A stretch of 64,000 nucleotides of DNA from an uncultured Armatimonadetes bacterium. Its GTDB lineage: Bacteria > Armatimonadota > UBA5829 > DTJY01. The stretch covers positions 480,001 to 544,000 of the forward strand of contig OY970325.1 in NCBI GenBank assembly GCA_963717145.1, given 5' to 3'. The notes beneath the pieces are model-generated. The model worked only from the letters and a program-made list of their open reading frames with translations. It was not told the origin of the DNA and did not search any database. A program made the translations under genes and the position numbers. How positions within the stretch are numbered: the first letter of the stretch is position 1; every line of letters begins with the position of its first letter. This document shows, in pieces, positions 18,657-27,467 of this stretch.

Positions 18657-20165
18657 TCAGCTCTCCGGCACGTAACCGTCGGAGAAGCACTTGAGGAAAG
18701 CGACCAGCGCGTCGACCTCCTCGTCGGTAAGCCCGAGGTTGCCGTATCCTCCCGTGCGGAAGATGTTGGGATGATCAACTTCCGGCGGTCCCCATCCGGC
18801 CCCCGGAACGTCGCGAGTGTTGTAGAACTGGATTACGGTCTTCAGGTTGTCGAAGACTCCGTTGTGCATGTAAGGTGCTGTCTTGGCCACATTCCGAAGG
18901 GACGGGACCTTGAACTTGCCCAACTCCTCGTTCGCACCAAAGGTGCCACGCTGCATCAGCATTCCTCCGAGACCGAGGTCCACCCAGTCGAAGCCCCAGG
19001 GGTTTAGACTTCGATGCAGGGTGTAGAAAGGATTGTCCGGGTTCGCAGGTACTCCCACGTTGAAGTACCCGTGATTCGTGAAGAGGGGCATGCCGTTCCA
19101 CGTCCCACCGGGCGCGCAACCACAGTCACATCCCATGCCGCAGTTGCACACTCCGGTCCACGCGCATCCGCACGGGCAGTCTCCCTCGCAGACCTGCGGG
19201 GTGCTCGGGCATCCGCACTGGCAGCCCGGGCCGCACTTGCAGACGCCGGTGAACGCGCATCCGCAGGCGCACCCGCCTGCGCAGGTGTTCGCATCGGTCT
19301 GCAGGCATCCGCAGTCGCACCCGGGTCCGCAGGTGCAGACGCCGGTCACCGCGCATCCACACTTGCAGCCGTTCTCACAGGCGACTTGGCCCTTCTGCGG
19401 GCAACCGCAGGTGCAGCCCGGTCCGCATGTGCAAACGCCGGTATACACGCAGCCGCACTTGCATCCGCCGGAACACTCCCGACCCGTCGTGGTTCCGGTG
19501 AAGTGGCACATCGTGCAGCCGCCCTTGCCGTGGAAGATCATCATGCCCATGCGTTCCATCGGCGTGAAGTCCGCCTCTCCGGCCATGACGGCATCGACCT
19601 TCGCGGTGAAGGGGTTCACTTCCGACGACCGCTCGTAAGCCGCGATCGCATCCGCCATATGGTCGAAGGCGCGGTCAACCGATATGAGGGCGTAAGCGCC
19701 GTACACAGTTCGGAATAGCGGGGCATAGGACGCGCTCCTGACACTGTACACCGCGTACCTTTTGCCCGGATTGCTCATCTCAAGTGGATTCAGGAGCGGG
19801 CCCTTCGCCTGCTCCACGAGATTGCTCGCGCGGCCGTCCCAGAACGTGCCGCCGGCATATCCGCCGTTGTATTTCATAAGCTTCTGGGGGCCTCCAATTG
19901 CGTAGGAAGCCTGAGGTGAGTTCCGATTCCCGAACCGGTTCGTAAGCGCCCCCGCGGAGGTGGGGCAATCGGTTCGCGGATCCGCGAACCCCGTGGATGG
20001 CGAGTGGCAAGTCGCGCACGATACTTTCGCCGGCCTGGACAGGTCTGTGTCGAAGAAGAGCTGCTTACCGAGTTGTTCCTTCGGTGTCAAAGCTGCTCCG
20101 AGTGTTCCGGCGAGGATGAACGTGACCGCGATGGTCACGCAGAGGATGTTGAGAGCATTCCTCAT
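18657..20165 (-). CDS. Diheme cytochrome c peroxidase (bCcP/MauG superfamily) with Cys-rich insertion
   Basis: LGKQLFFD, SCATCH, RNSP, FWDGRA, QAKGPLLNPLEM, CTMCH, FKVPSLRNVAKTAPYMHNG; signal peptide. Confidence 0.9.
   Translation of the reverse strand: MRNALNILCVTIAVTFILAGTLGAALTPKEQLGKQLFFDTDLSRPAKVSCATCHSPSTGFADPRTDCPTSAGALTNRFGNRNSPQASYAIGGPQKLMKYNGGYAGGTFWDGRASNLVEQAKGPLLNPLEMSNPGKRYAVYSVRSASYAPLFRTVYGAYALISVDRAFDHMADAIAAYERSSEVNPFTAKVDAVMAGEADFTPMERMGMMIFHGKGGCTMCHFTGTTTGRECSGGCKCGCVYTGVCTCGPGCTCGCPQKGQVACENGCKCGCAVTGVCTCGPGCDCGCLQTDANTCAGGCACGCAFTGVCKCGPGCQCGCPSTPQVCEGDCPCGCAWTGVCNCGMGCDCGCAPGGTWNGMPLFTNHGYFNVGVPANPDNPFYTLHRSLNPWGFDWVDLGLGGMLMQRGTFGANEELGKFKVPSLRNVAKTAPYMHNGVFDNLKTVIQFYNTRDVPGAGWGPPEVDHPNIFRTGGYGNLGLTDEEVDALVAFLKCFSDGYVPES
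19116..19475 (-). repeat. Four tandem ~31-32-aa 9-Cys metallothionein-like repeats inside the peroxidase
   Basis: C-x3-C-x-C-G-C-x2-TGV-C-x-CG-x-GC-x-CGC, 4 copies = 36 Cys in 120 aa. Confidence 0.95.
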
Positions 20166-20308
20166 CGAGTGGTCTCCTTTCCTGCAGATGATGAAGGGTA
20201 GTGCTTACCCCGCAGGCCGTTTACCCGTTTTGTGGAACGGACAAACGCTAAGGAGACCAGTAATCGCAGATTTCCATTGAGCGTGGAGAAGACACATGCG
20301 GAAGCGCG

Positions 20309-21088
20309 TTACTCGGCCACTAACTGGTGTTCCCTGGTGAAGAACTGCCGGTAGCTCCAAAGTGCGGCGGCGAGACTTGCCACGGTCACCGCGGCGGTGA
20401 TCATGTAGACGACCACGATCTGGTATCTCACCGCCTCGGTCGGCGACTGGCCTGCGATGATCTGCCCGGTCATCATCCCCGGCAGCGAGACTATGCCGAC
20501 GGTCATCATCGAGTTGATGTTGGGGATCATGGCTGCCTTTGCCGCCGCCTTGAGCGCGGGATCGGCGGCCTGGCGCGATGTCGCCCCGAGTGCGAGCGCG
20601 GTCTCGATCTGCAGCCGACGGAGCTTGATCTCCGCCGAGATTCGGTTCATCGCCAGCGACGCGCCGTTCATCGAGTTGCCGAGAATCATACCAGAGATAG
20701 GGATGACGTACCACGGAGACGCCTCGATGATCCCGAGCCCCACGAGGATCGCGAGCGTCCCGAGCCCTCCGATGCCGACCGACAGTACCGCGATCCACTT
20801 CGCGCCCGGGATGTCCTTCGACCGCTGAGCCGCGGTGTAGCCCGCGACGGCGGTCATCACGGCGAGGGTGAGCAGCACCCAGTACCACTTGTCGGCGCGG
20901 AATATTCCCTCGAGCACATATCCGACCGCCATGAGTTGCACGAGCGAGCGGATCGTGCCGACCAGCAGGTCCTTCTCCAGCCCGAGCCGTTCGAGCCGCG
21001 AGAGCACGACCGTGATGACGATCAGTACCAGCGCGACTCCGAGTTCCCCGTAGCTGATCTCCGCGTAGTTATGGGCGTCAACCATCAA
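20309..21088 (-). CDS. fetB: ABC transporter permease, UPF0014 (FetB/YbbM-like)
   Basis: RSLVQLMAVGYVL, IPISGMILGNSM, LALGAT, GIVSLPGMMTGQI, AVRYQI. Confidence 0.85.
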   Translation of the reverse strand: MMVDAHNYAEISYGELGVALVLIVITVVLSRLERLGLEKDLLVGTIRSLVQLMAVGYVLEGIFRADKWYWVLLTLAVMTAVAGYTAAQRSKDIPGAKWIAVLSVGIGGLGTLAILVGLGIIEASPWYVIPISGMILGNSMNGASLAMNRISAEIKLRRLQIETALALGATSRQAADPALKAAAKAAMIPNINSMMTVGIVSLPGMMTGQIIAGQSPTEAVRYQIVVVYMITAAVTVASLAAALWSYRQFFTREHQLVAE

Positions 21089-21133
21089 CCATCCGCTCCC
21101 CCATCAACCATGAACCATCAGCCATCAACCATT
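21078..21133. repeat. AACCATC heptamer tract at the fetA/fetB junction
   Basis: tcaacca tcaacca ... tcaacca tgaacca tcagcca tcaacca. Confidence 0.75.
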
Positions 21134-21856
21134 TCCCCCCAGCTTCCCCTCGATGAACATCCTCGCGGTCTCCGTCTGCGGATTGGCGAAGAACTCCTCC
21201 GTGATGCCCTCCTCGATATTCTTGCCGCCGACGAGAAGCATCGTCCGAGTGCCGATTCGCTCCGCCTGCTCCATGTCGTGCGTCACGAAGACGATCGTGA
21301 GCCCGTCGTCGCGGTTCATCTTGAGAGCCAGGTCCTCGATCTGAGTCTTGCTCGCGGGGTCGAGGGACGAGGTCGGCTCGTCCATGAGCAGGATTTCCGG
21401 GCCGGTTGCGAGCGTGCGGGCGATCGAGAGCCGCTGCTGTTCGCCGCCGGAAAGACTGCTCGCCGTCCGGGATGGGAAGTCCTCGGGCAGGCCGACTCGT
21501 CGAAGCAGTTCCGCTGAATCGATCTTGATCCCTGCGAGCTTGGCTCCGTACTGGAGGTTGTCATCCACTGTCCCGTCGAACACGACCGGTTTTTGGAAGA
21601 CCATCCCCGCGCGCCGACGAAGCGCCAGGACGTTCATCGACCGAGTCTCCGTCCCATCGAGCAGGATCCGGCCCGAGGTCGGATCGTCGAGGCGGTTGAT
21701 CAGCCGGAGGAGGGTGCTCTTTCCCGAGCCCGACGGGCCGAGGATCGTGAACACGTCGCCCGCCTGGACCGAGATCGAGACGTCGGACAGGATCGTGACG
21801 GGCTGTCCGCCGTTCGTCCGCTTGGTTATCGACTCCAGTCGCAGTCTTTCATCCAT
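21125..21856 (-). CDS. ABC transporter ATP-binding protein (FetA/YbbL-like)
   Basis: GPSGSGKST, LSGGEQQR, LLMDEPT; adjacent to the UPF0014 permease. Confidence 0.9.
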   Translation of the reverse strand: MDERLRLESITKRTNGGQPVTILSDVSISVQAGDVFTILGPSGSGKSTLLRLINRLDDPTSGRILLDGTETRSMNVLALRRRAGMVFQKPVVFDGTVDDNLQYGAKLAGIKIDSAELLRRVGLPEDFPSRTASSLSGGEQQRLSIARTLATGPEILLMDEPTSSLDPASKTQIEDLALKMNRDDGLTIVFVTHDMEQAERIGTRTMLLVGGKNIEEGITEEFFANPQTETARMFIEGKLGGNG

Positions 21857-21860
21857 TAGG

Positions 21861-23156
21861 CTACTTTGGTGCGCCGTCGGTGGTCGTGTCGGCCTTCTTG
21901 TCGATGACGAAGGTGTCGATCGGCGTGCCGTCCTGGTTCATGGTGCGCACGGTGAGCTTCATGTCGTTCACCTCGACGACGAGGTAGTTCGGCTGCTTCA
22001 GCGGGTTGAAGAAGAACGCGTCCCACGCCCGCTTGCTGAGGTTCTTGTAGGTCTTCTCGCCGCTCCTGCCGGTGACGAAGTAGATCGTCCCCTCCGAAGG
22101 TTTCGACATGTTCTTGCCATCATTGATCGGCCAGGTCCGACCGACGCCGTGATCGTGGCCGTTGAAGACGAGGTCGGCGTGATCCTTCTCCAGCGTCGGA
22201 CAGAATGCCGCCCGGAGTTCCTCGTTCGACCGACCGTCCTTCACCTCATAAGGCGCCTTGTGGAAGAATACGATCTTCCAAGTCGCGTTGGATGCCGAGA
22301 GGTCGGCGTCCAGCCATTCCTGGAGGGCGGGGAGGCCGTCGCCCTTCGCCTTCTCGCTGTCGAGCACGGTGAGATGGACGCGCCCGTAGTCGTAGGAGTA
22401 GACGCGGCTCTTCAGGCCCTCCGGCCCGTTCTGCGGCACGGGGAACTGCCTGGTCGTGTACGACGGCCCGCCTCCACCGGCGTACTCGTGGTTGCCCAGG
22501 ACCGGCATCTCGGGGATCGAGTCGATCACCCCCGTTGTCGCCGCGAACCAGCAGTTCCAGTGCTCGGCGCTCTGCCCGGTGTTGACCATATCGCCGACGT
22601 TCACCATGAACTTCGCGGTGGGATTCGCCTCGTAGGCGTTATGCACGGTCGTCCGCCACTTGCCGTAGGGCGCATCGCCGGATGTGCTGCTCTGACTGTC
22701 GCCGAAGACGAGGAACTTGAACGCGCGCGGCTTGGGAGCGGCGGTCGTGAAGCTGTGGGGCTCGCCCCACTGATCGCCATTGCCGACGCGGTACGTATAC
22801 TTCGTGTTCGGTGAGAGACCGGTGAGGGCTGCCGTGAAGAGCCGGTACTGCCCCTTGTCGGTGTCGAAGTCGGTCGCGGTCGCCTCTGCCTCCCTCCCGG
22901 AGAGACTGGATCCTCTCGTGTAGACGACTGCGCCCGATGTCGCGCCGGTATCGGTCCGCCAGGTGATCGTCATCGTCGTCGCCGGATCGCCGGTCCATGT
23001 GAGGGTGACGTGATCCTGGATGGCCGTCGTGGTCGCGCCGGGACTCCCAATCGTGACGGTAGTCGTATCCGTGCTCGCACTCGTGCGCTCGGACGAACCG
23101 ATCGGGGCGAGTGCCATCAGAAGGATCAGCGCTGTCCATACGTATATTCTTCTCAT
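21861..23156 (-). CDS. Purple acid phosphatase-like metallophosphoesterase with FN3 N-domain
   Basis: GDSQ, GDMV, GNHE, FFH, GHDH motifs; signal peptide MRRIYVW. Confidence 0.9.
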   Translation of the reverse strand: MRRIYVWTALILLMALAPIGSSERTSASTDTTTVTIGSPGATTTAIQDHVTLTWTGDPATTMTITWRTDTGATSGAVVYTRGSSLSGREAEATATDFDTDKGQYRLFTAALTGLSPNTKYTYRVGNGDQWGEPHSFTTAAPKPRAFKFLVFGDSQSSTSGDAPYGKWRTTVHNAYEANPTAKFMVNVGDMVNTGQSAEHWNCWFAATTGVIDSIPEMPVLGNHEYAGGGGPSYTTRQFPVPQNGPEGLKSRVYSYDYGRVHLTVLDSEKAKGDGLPALQEWLDADLSASNATWKIVFFHKAPYEVKDGRSNEELRAAFCPTLEKDHADLVFNGHDHGVGRTWPINDGKNMSKPSEGTIYFVTGRSGEKTYKNLSKRAWDAFFFNPLKQPNYLVVEVNDMKLTVRTMNQDGTPIDTFVIDKKADTTTDGAPK

Positions 23157-23200
23157 CGATGCCTCCATTGTCACCACCGCTCGCCAACGACCTGGAATCT

Positions 23201-23953
23201 CTATGGAGCCCGGTTCCGGTCCAGTCTCCATATTCTCTTCTCCCATTCCTTCGGCAGCTTGGGGTCCAGCCTGATATCCAGCGACTGATGCTTCCCAGAG
23301 CCCGCGACTATCAGTTCTCCCAGCCGAAGATTCATGCTGTAGACGTCAAGCCGGTGCTCGTTCTGCTTTCTCAGCCCAATGTCCGCCAGGACGGCGAAGT
23401 TGGTGGCGATCTTCTTGGGGGATTGAGCGTCAAAGCGATAGGCCTCCACCATTGAACGATGCATACCCGACCCGAAGGAGTACACGTAGACCAGATCTTC
23501 ATTTGAGTCGCCGTTGATGTCGAAGACCCACATCTCCATCAGCCCCCATCCGCCGAATCCGACGCTCATCGGGTACGCTTTCCCGTCCTTCACCAGGTAT
23601 GCGTCAAACCCGCCGAGAGTCCATGCATTATCCCGTACTCGGAACACCTGAGCCCGTAGTCGCTGCCTGATCTCAGTGGTCGTGATCTCTTTGAGCTTGG
23701 GATGATCGTTGCGCGGGCACTGATCCTTGTGCGCATTGAGCCAAGCCGCTACCAGTCTCTCTGCCTGACTGACCGAGACTTCGTCGCTATGCTGGCTCTG
23801 TCGGGAAATGGGGCTGGTGAGGAGCAGTGCAGCGGCAACACCTATCGCAAGGAGTCCCACGGCAATCAAGATTCCGCTCCGTATTCCCCCATGGGTCGTC
23901 GCGTCGATGATCGGGTGTCGTCTCCGTGATAAGGAACCATCCGATGGTTTCAT
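23201..23953 (-). CDS. Hypothetical membrane-anchored protein
   Basis: TM segment ILIAVGLLAIGVAAALLL; DINGD loop; start uncertain. Confidence 0.6.
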   Translation of the reverse strand: MKPSDGSLSRRRHPIIDATTHGGIRSGILIAVGLLAIGVAAALLLTSPISRQSQHSDEVSVSQAERLVAAWLNAHKDQCPRNDHPKLKEITTTEIRQRLRAQVFRVRDNAWTLGGFDAYLVKDGKAYPMSVGFGGWGLMEMWVFDINGDSNEDLVYVYSFGSGMHRSMVEAYRFDAQSPKKIATNFAVLADIGLRKQNEHRLDVYSMNLRLGELIVAGSGKHQSLDIRLDPKLPKEWEKRIWRLDRNRAP

Positions 23954-24005
23954 CTGCAGCCTCCGATGCGGGACCAGCATACTACAACCACGGACATCAC
24001 GTCCA

Positions 24006-26033
24006 TCAGTCCAGCAAAGGGATCTCGGCCTCTCCGCCTTCGGGGAGAGCGACGCGGAGCACCTTGCCTTCGATTCTGATCGATCGCGCGAGTGCAGCCG
24101 TCTTCTCCGGGGTGACCTCGACGAAAAGGACCGCGATCCTGCGCGCGACCTGATCGCCGGCCTTGAAGGTCTTCGGCTCGTCTGAAAATGAGCCGTAGAG
24201 GATATCCGCACAGACCGCCTGCGCATTATATCCGGCGGCCTGAATGTACGTCATGCCCGATCCCGCGACTGAGACGACGCCGAGCCGGCCCTCAACATTT
24301 GCCCATGAGCCGGGTATCGCGACGGGCTGCTGAGGCTTCGTCCAGTCGAAGATGGTCTCGCCGTCCTGATGATGGATCGTCCTCGTCCCGCCGCTCAACT
24401 CGTCATTCTCGATGCCGAACGGAACGCCGAGTTCTTTGGCCATCGTGACGTCGGACAGGGCGGTGACCGAGTCCTGGTAGATCACCGCCTTTTCGCCCAG
24501 GGAGGTGACCCTGAGTGTCTGCTTCAACCGATCCCCGTTCGTGAGCAGCACGGCATTCGTCTCGAAGCCGGTCCGCGTCTGCTTGGTAGAATTCTCTACG
24601 ACCTTCATCTTCGCATCATTCGGGCTCAGTTCGATGCCGCCGACGAGGCCATTGGTGATCGGCACGGTGAAATGCGGATTGCCCTGATGTCCCTCCCCGA
24701 TCGGTGCGAGCATCCCCATGATCCGATACTTCCAGGAGAAGGTGAAGAGCTTGCTGCCGGTGCGATGGAGGATGAACCCCACTGAGCTGTGCCTCTGAAC
24801 GACCGGTGGTTCGGCGATTGAACCCGGCGGAACAGACGGACCGAAGATCTTGTGCGCCAGGTAGCCGTATGTGGACTGCTCGGCGACAATCGCGTGCCTC
24901 GTGAACCCGAGGCGCGATCCCGGGACCGCAAGGTTCCCGTCCTGCATCTCCTGCCAGGTCCGGATTCTCTGGAGGACGATCCGCTCCATCCCTGAGGCAA
25001 ACGGGTCCCTCATGTACGTACCGAACGACGCCAGAAGGTTGATGTTCGGCAGGCCGTGCTGTTCCCAGTCCATGCCCTGGGGGAAGGCGCTCTCTCCGCA
25101 CGGGAGCATGATCGACCGGAGCAACTGCCAGGTGCCCGCGAGATGATAGGTCGCCGCCTGCGGGACGGGACGGCGCGCATAGGTGTAGTGCATCGCGGCC
25201 TGCGTGAGGAAGTAGGAGCTGCATTCGGTGTATGCCGGGTGGAAGAAGCCGTGGTTCTCCAGCGTGAAGTCGGGATGCAGGTTCGGCGAGGTGATCCATT
25301 CCCTGGCCGGACGTCCGTCTACCATCGTCTCGTCCCTCAGGTCCTTCGGCACCGACAGAGTATTCATCATATACTCGATCGCCTTTTCATGCCATGCCGA
25401 GGCGCGGGGATGATCGGGGAACATGTTAGTGGCGGCGGATATGCAGATCAGAGTCCAGCCGTTCTCCTCGGCCTTGGTGTCGTTCCATCGGCCTCCGGGC
25501 GGTCGGGTGGCGAGGAATCGATCTGCCTCGGAAGCGACGACGCGCTCGACGCCCTTCTGCAGCTCGGGATCGAGATCGTCCCAGATGAGCCACGCGCCGA
25601 ACGCCAGCGTGCCCGTCCACATCGCCGACTGCCAGTCTCCTCCCCAATGCTTGTCGTCGGTGCAGTTCTGAGTACCGGTGAGATGAGTGGCGGTGACGTA
25701 TCGAAGAGCTGCGGTCGTCTTCGCCATGAAGTCCCGGCGATCGGCGTCGCCGAGGTGGGAGTACTTGAGGAGCGCTCCGCACGCGAGCACCATCTCGCAA
25801 ATCGCGCGGATGCCTTCGTTCCCGCCGCTGATTCCCGTGCCCCAGTGGCCCGCGTTCGGATCGAACGTCGAGACGTGCCACTGATCGTCGGAATACCGGC
25901 ATGCATCGGTGATCACGCGCTCATAAGTGCGCAGCAACTCGCGCTCGGAGAGTGGGCGGATGTGATAGACATCCTCCGCGCGCGCGGCGACCGGCAGCAG
26001 TACAAGCAGGAAGAAGAACATCCAATAATTCAA
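24006..26033 (-). CDS. Secreted protein, polysaccharide-lyase-like (alpha-toroid plus beta-sandwich)
   Basis: Signal peptide; DTKAEEN, ENHGFFHPAY; in carbohydrate gene cluster. Confidence 0.65.
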   Translation of the reverse strand: MNYWMFFFLLVLLPVAARAEDVYHIRPLSERELLRTYERVITDACRYSDDQWHVSTFDPNAGHWGTGISGGNEGIRAICEMVLACGALLKYSHLGDADRRDFMAKTTAALRYVTATHLTGTQNCTDDKHWGGDWQSAMWTGTLAFGAWLIWDDLDPELQKGVERVVASEADRFLATRPPGGRWNDTKAEENGWTLICISAATNMFPDHPRASAWHEKAIEYMMNTLSVPKDLRDETMVDGRPAREWITSPNLHPDFTLENHGFFHPAYTECSSYFLTQAAMHYTYARRPVPQAATYHLAGTWQLLRSIMLPCGESAFPQGMDWEQHGLPNINLLASFGTYMRDPFASGMERIVLQRIRTWQEMQDGNLAVPGSRLGFTRHAIVAEQSTYGYLAHKIFGPSVPPGSIAEPPVVQRHSSVGFILHRTGSKLFTFSWKYRIMGMLAPIGEGHQGNPHFTVPITNGLVGGIELSPNDAKMKVVENSTKQTRTGFETNAVLLTNGDRLKQTLRVTSLGEKAVIYQDSVTALSDVTMAKELGVPFGIENDELSGGTRTIHHQDGETIFDWTKPQQPVAIPGSWANVEGRLGVVSVAGSGMTYIQAAGYNAQAVCADILYGSFSDEPKTFKAGDQVARRIAVLFVEVTPEKTAALARSIRIEGKVLRVALPEGGEAEIPLLD

Positions 26034-26048
26034 TTCGCAGACTCCTTT

Positions 26049-27467
26049 TCACAGCGTCAGCACCGGCTGGAAGCGCCACTGCTGATTGGGTTGAGGGGTG
26101 GGGGATCGCAGGACAGCCCCCAGACCGTCGAGGGAGAGCATCTCCCCCGTGCCGTCATTGGTGATGCGGAAGCATCCGTCCCTGGTGCGGCCCAGCGTCC
26201 ATCGCTGCTTCAGATCGGTGCTGTCCCAGTTCTGGATGATGCCGCCATCCCGCGCCTCGAGGGCCAGCCCGCTGTGGACCGCGATGATTCGGTAATGGTT
26301 CTTCCCGAGATGATACAGCCAGAAGAGGCCGAGCGGCGCTTTCGCCGGACCTGTGCCCCCGAGAACCGCGCCGGGAGCACCCTGGCTGAGCGTCTCCGAG
26401 TTGATGATGCCTAAGCGCGTGTGCCCATCGCGTGCGACGATCCGGTACGCGCCGTCTATGAGCAATCCTCCAGGCACGACCGACGGCTTCCCGGCGATCC
26501 ACTCCCTGACCCGATCGTAGAGAGCATGCGGGTTCAGCGCGCCCGTCTTGTCGCGGATCTGGCGTCCGAGTTCGCAGTGCGACGTGTCCGAGACGCACCA
26601 CTGATTCCGCTCGGTGGGATCGTCGTATGAGCCGACGATCACGTACTCGGGGTGATTCTTCCTCGCCAGCGCGAAGTTGTAGTCGAGCCATGCCATCGAC
26701 TTCCGCCACATCGCTCCGTCGGCGGGATTCCATCGAACTGCGGACGTGACGTACATCGAGTCGCCGCTGGGGACGCTCCCGACCCACGGCTCGAGTTGCC
26801 ATCCCCACTTGTTGATGCACGAATCCTCCCCCGATGCCCACACCAGGCTGAACCGCGAAGAGAACGTCTGTAGGGGCGCGCCTTGTGCCGCCCGGCCTTG
26901 TGCCTTCTCCGACGCTGCGGGCGGCACAAGGCGCGCCCCTACAGACGTTTTGCCCATCTTCAGGTACGCCCGATACCAGTCGCGGATCGAGTAGCAGACG
27001 ATCAGCGGCTTGCCTCTGTAATGGAAGTAGGTCTTGGGGTGGGGCGCATCCGGGCCGGCGAACTTGTCCCATATGTCCTTGGCATGGCTCTCGAAGGAGG
27101 CCGTGTTCCCACCGCTGTTCTCCGCAACGCAGAACTTCATCCCCCGCTCGGCGCAGAGCTTCTGGATGAGTTGACACCGACCGTCGAGCCAGTTCCAGCC
27201 GTTCGTCAGGTCCGCGATGACGATGGTGACCCCAGCCGCCTTGATCCCGTCGAGATACGGGCCGTACTGGCTCTCGTCCGACCAGTCGAGCGTCTTCCAT
27301 TCGCCGTTGACGAGGTTACGGGTGGCGTCCGGGTTCTTCTCGTTCCACCACGCCTGGTCGTGCCCATACCAGATCATGATCCACGTGGCGTATGTCGTCG
27401 CGCGGCCTTGGCTGCCCATCACGAGCATGAGCGCGCCCAGCAGGAAGAAACGCACCAGATACTTCAT
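26049..27467 (-). CDS. Secreted glycoside-hydrolase-like protein with C-terminal ricin-B lectin domain
   Basis: Signal peptide MKYLVRFF; AGVTIVIADLTN; QRW/QQW ricin repeats. Confidence 0.7.
   Translation of the reverse strand: MKYLVRFFLLGALMLVMGSQGRATTYATWIMIWYGHDQAWWNEKNPDATRNLVNGEWKTLDWSDESQYGPYLDGIKAAGVTIVIADLTNGWNWLDGRCQLIQKLCAERGMKFCVAENSGGNTASFESHAKDIWDKFAGPDAPHPKTYFHYRGKPLIVCYSIRDWYRAYLKMGKTSVGARLVPPAASEKAQGRAAQGAPLQTFSSRFSLVWASGEDSCINKWGWQLEPWVGSVPSGDSMYVTSAVRWNPADGAMWRKSMAWLDYNFALARKNHPEYVIVGSYDDPTERNQWCVSDTSHCELGRQIRDKTGALNPHALYDRVREWIAGKPSVVPGGLLIDGAYRIVARDGHTRLGIINSETLSQGAPGAVLGGTGPAKAPLGLFWLYHLGKNHYRIIAVHSGLALEARDGGIIQNWDSTDLKQRWTLGRTRDGCFRITNDGTGEMLSLDGLGAVLRSPTPQPNQQWRFQPVLTL
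26863..26949. repeat. GTAG-type REP palindrome inserted in-frame in a CDS
   Basis: 31-bp perfect arms AACGTCTGTAGGGGCGCGCCTTGTGCCGCCC; encodes TSVGARLVPP...RAAQGAPLQTF. Confidence 0.9.

Noticed and set aside
19116-19475. Extra heme-binding sites or ferredoxin motifs in the Cys-rich insert
   Set aside because: No CxxCH and no CxxCxxC spacing; the pattern is CxC/CGC.
21348-22814. Long opposite-strand ORFs (e.g. 1068-2039, 16909-18357, 21348-22814, 25056-26414, 31258-32655)
   Set aside because: Shadow ORFs of well-supported genes in GC-rich DNA, with no motifs.
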